Positions 43,385-45,265 of a DNA stretch of 45,265 nt are shown piece after piece (the stretch's first letter is position 1; each line of letters begins with the position of its first letter). Source of the stretch: Candidatus Methylomirabilales bacterium (GTDB lineage: Bacteria > Methylomirabilota > Methylomirabilia > Methylomirabilales > CSP1-5); assembly GCA_046758505.1 (NCBI GenBank), contig JBHIAH010000017.1, positions 1 to 45,265 on the forward strand. Direction: 5' to 3'. The position numbers and the translations under genes are program-made. The notes under the pieces were generated by a model that searched no databases, was not told where the DNA came from, and worked only from the letters and a program-made list of their open reading frames with translations.

Positions 43385-44674
43385 TTATATCGAGTTCACG
43401 TGCTCCTTCGAACGCTCGAAGGTCGGCTCCTCGACCGTCGTCCGGACCACCTCCTTGCCGTCCCGATCAAATCCGATGACCGTGTCGTTGTACATTGCCC
43501 ACGGCTTGCCTCCGATCTCGGTCTCGAAAAGCTTTCCCCCCTCCCGGATTTCGTACCGGAAGATGACTTTCTGGGCGACCCGAAAGAGCTGGAGAACGGC
43601 GAGCAGCTCGCGGGAAGGGGCGACGTATCGCTCGATCGCCAGGTCCACCCCCGGTCCGAACATCTGCCGCAGATATGCCCGCGGCACCCATCGGGGAGGA
43701 ATATAATAGATGTTGGGCTCGGTACCGAACTGTGGATAGAGCGGCAAGGCGACCTTTTCCACCTGAATCAGAAAGTAGAGGGGGTTGGATCGATCCTCGG
43801 CCCACGCTCCGGTCCGTCGGTTGATTTGGACGAGGCCCTGGAGCCGGATCTTTCCGACGCACGCCGACATGCACCGGGTTTCGAGGGGGACCCCGTCGGG
43901 GGTCAGTTGGGGATCCTTCCCTTCGATCCGCGGATAGCAGGCGACACACTTTTCCGAGATGCGGGTCGTGGGACGGTACATGGCTTTCTTATAGGGGCAA
44001 GCCTCCACGCACTTCCGGTAGCCGCGACATCGCTGCTGGTCGATCAGGACAATTCCATCCTCTTGGCGCTTGTATATGGCCTTTCGTGGGCAGGCCGCGA
44101 GACACCCCGGATACGTGCAGTGGTTGCAGATCCGCTGCAGGTAAAAGAACCAGGTCTTGTGCTGTGGCAGGGTCGTCCCCGGGGGATGCAATTCTCCTTG
44201 GCTCCCCTGGTGGCCGGTCGCGGTATCCTCGTAGATGTTGGGGGAACGCCACTCCTCGTCGCCCGGGATGTATCCCAAGGCCCTCATGTGTCCCTCTGGT
44301 CCGTACCGTTTCAAGGCGGCGTCGAAGATGGTCATCCCCTCGAAGACGCCGTACGGTCGCCGTGGTCCGTCCTTTTTCGACGCATCCCAGGCCGCCTGCG
44401 TGCCCTCGCGCTGATGCGCCTCGTCGAGGCGTTCCAAGAGCTTCACGTCCCAGAACTGGGGATACCCTCCATAGGGCTTTGTCTCGACGTTGTTCCACCA
44501 CATGTGCTCCTGCCCTTTGGAGAAGGTCCAGGTGGACCTACACGCCATGGTACAGGTTTGACATCCGATGCAGCGGTTAATATTGAAGACGGCGGCGAAC
44601 TGCCATTTCGGGTGGGCCTCCCGGTACGGGTAGTGCATTCTGCGGCCGAGCTGCCAGTTATAGACCTGGGCCAT
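43385..44674 (-). CDS. nxrB: Nitrite oxidoreductase / nitrate reductase beta subunit, periplasmic Nitrospira/anammox type
   Basis: VYNWQLGR..YPY...PKWQF..VFNINRC..CQTC, WWNNVETKPYGGYP, YLQRICNHCTYPGCLAACPRKAIYKR, EKCVACYPRIEG and QMFGPGVD. Confidence 0.93.
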   Translation of the reverse strand: MAQVYNWQLGRRMHYPYREAHPKWQFAAVFNINRCIGCQTCTMACRSTWTFSKGQEHMWWNNVETKPYGGYPQFWDVKLLERLDEAHQREGTQAAWDASKKDGPRRPYGVFEGMTIFDAALKRYGPEGHMRALGYIPGDEEWRSPNIYEDTATGHQGSQGELHPPGTTLPQHKTWFFYLQRICNHCTYPGCLAACPRKAIYKRQEDGIVLIDQQRCRGYRKCVEACPYKKAMYRPTTRISEKCVACYPRIEGKDPQLTPDGVPLETRCMSACVGKIRLQGLVQINRRTGAWAEDRSNPLYFLIQVEKVALPLYPQFGTEPNIYYIPPRWVPRAYLRQMFGPGVDLAIERYVAPSRELLAVLQLFRVAQKVIFRYEIREGGKLFETEIGGKPWAMYNDTVIGFDRDGKEVVRTTVEEPTFERSKEHVNSI

Positions 44675-44692
44675 TGCCTTCCTCCTCTGGGA

Positions 44693-44722
44693 GCTGTCGG
44701 CTGTCAGCGGTCAGCCGTCAGC
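44693..44722. repeat. Tandem heptamer repeat (GCNGTCR x4) just upstream of the nxrB RBS
   Basis: gctgtcg gctgtca gcggtca gccgtca gc. Confidence 0.75.
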
Positions 44723-44798
44723 ACCACACGTTCGAGGTGCACCGTTGATCGTTGAACACTCATACACCTGATGGTCAGGAGCTCCACGTTCTCCGTGT

Positions 44799-45059
44799 TC
44801 ATTCCGCGTCGTCCATCGTCCGGCGCCTGCGGATGCGTTCAATGAGCGATTTGACGTACGCCTCTCCCTTGGCTTTGTAGATGCGATGGGTGGCTCTGTA
44901 GAAAGGGTTCTTGAAGAGATCGAGGAGCGGCTCGTCCTGGAGCCCCATCCTGACGAACTCTTCCACGAAGGCCTCCGCCGCCTCCTGCATATCCCCCCCG
45001 GGCAGGGCCATGCCGGTCAGCTGCATCGGGTCGTCGTCCTCGAACGGCTTATTCACCAT
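44799..45059 (-). CDS. Small hypothetical protein between nxrA and nxrB
   Basis: 86 aa with a strong AAGGAG SD, natural-looking helical sequence (DDPMQL...FVEEFVRMG...LFKNPFY...H), co-oriented in the operon. Confidence 0.75.
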   Translation of the reverse strand: MVNKPFEDDDPMQLTGMALPGGDMQEAAEAFVEEFVRMGLQDEPLLDLFKNPFYRATHRIYKAKGEAYVKSLIERIRRRRTMDDAE

Positions 45060-45086
45060 CTCTCCTTTCCCTCCGAGCCTTTGCCC

Positions 45087-45265
45087 CTATCGTTTCTTGA
45101 TAGTGACAATCTCCCCTGCCAGGTACCGCTTCATGAAGTCGTTTTCGTTCCCTGGGGTGAATCCCGTCCGGGCCGGCCCCCAAATCCCCTTGCCACCTAG
45201 CCCTCCATCCTCGGCCTTGGTGATCTTGACCAGCGTCTCTTTGGGGACCGTGTTGACGGCATGGT
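45087..45265 (-). CDS. nxrA: C-terminus of the nitrite oxidoreductase alpha subunit (truncated by the window edge; absent from the ORF track)
   Basis: Manual translation HAVNTVPKETLVKITKAEDGGLGGKGIWGPARTGFTPGNENDFMKRYLAGEIVTIKKR*, which is the recognisable C-terminus of Nitrospira/anammox-type NxrA; upstream of nxrB. Confidence 0.9.
   Translation of the reverse strand, partial: HAVNTVPKETLVKITKAEDGGLGGKGIWGPARTGFTPGNENDFMKRYLAGEIVTIKKR

Noticed and set aside
43385..45265. Cytoplasmic NarGH, or perchlorate/selenate/ethylbenzene-type enzyme
   Set aside because: The beta-subunit N-terminus and alpha-subunit C-terminus match the Nitrospira/anammox-type NXR pattern, and there is no narI. The reaction direction remains open.

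Overview
This GC-rich bacterial window is almost entirely a respiratory/redox island. I found no rRNA, tRNA, CRISPR array or intact mobile element. Contents, left to right: (1) Minus strand, 1-4426: the edge-truncated start of a second ActA/QrcA-like cytochrome c, a stand-alone pseudo-receiver, a tetraheme tandem-repeat cytochrome c and a HisKA_3/NarL-type two-component system. (2) Minus strand, 5050-16724: one apparent operon, rrf2 - cupin - cbaDBA (ba3-type O2 reductase) - cytochrome c - actABCDFE (alternative complex III) - diheme cytochrome c. (3) Plus strand, 18075-27425: a kinase remnant and NarL-type regulator, then lipoprotein - Cyc2-like heme-porin - cytochrome c/His-lined beta-propeller, a second two-component system, a second Cyc2-like heme-porin and a diheme cytochrome c. 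(4) Plus strand, 27999-34123: a Tat-exported, divergent nitrate-reductase-like molybdoenzyme with a diheme cytochrome c, NapG, NapH (fused to a His-His periplasmic domain) and a NapF/MauM-like ferredoxin. (5) Minus strand, 34130-45265: a periplasmic Nitrospira/anammox-type NXR cluster (nxrA 3' end, small ORF, nxrB, chaperone, diheme-EB_dh gamma subunit), followed by an idrP2-idrP1-idrB-idrA-like cluster with an altered active-site loop and a degenerate Mrp/ApbC ATPase. The strongest leads are the two Cyc2-like modules with the 6-His propeller cytochrome, the divergent IdrA-like enzyme next to NXR, and a promoter architecture shared by four operons that probably marks the regulon of the three NarL paralogs. 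Family assignments come from motif recognition and recalled family sequences, not database searches. The host taxon cannot be determined from this window; the gene content resembles Methylomirabilota/Rokubacteria-type genomes, which is inference only.
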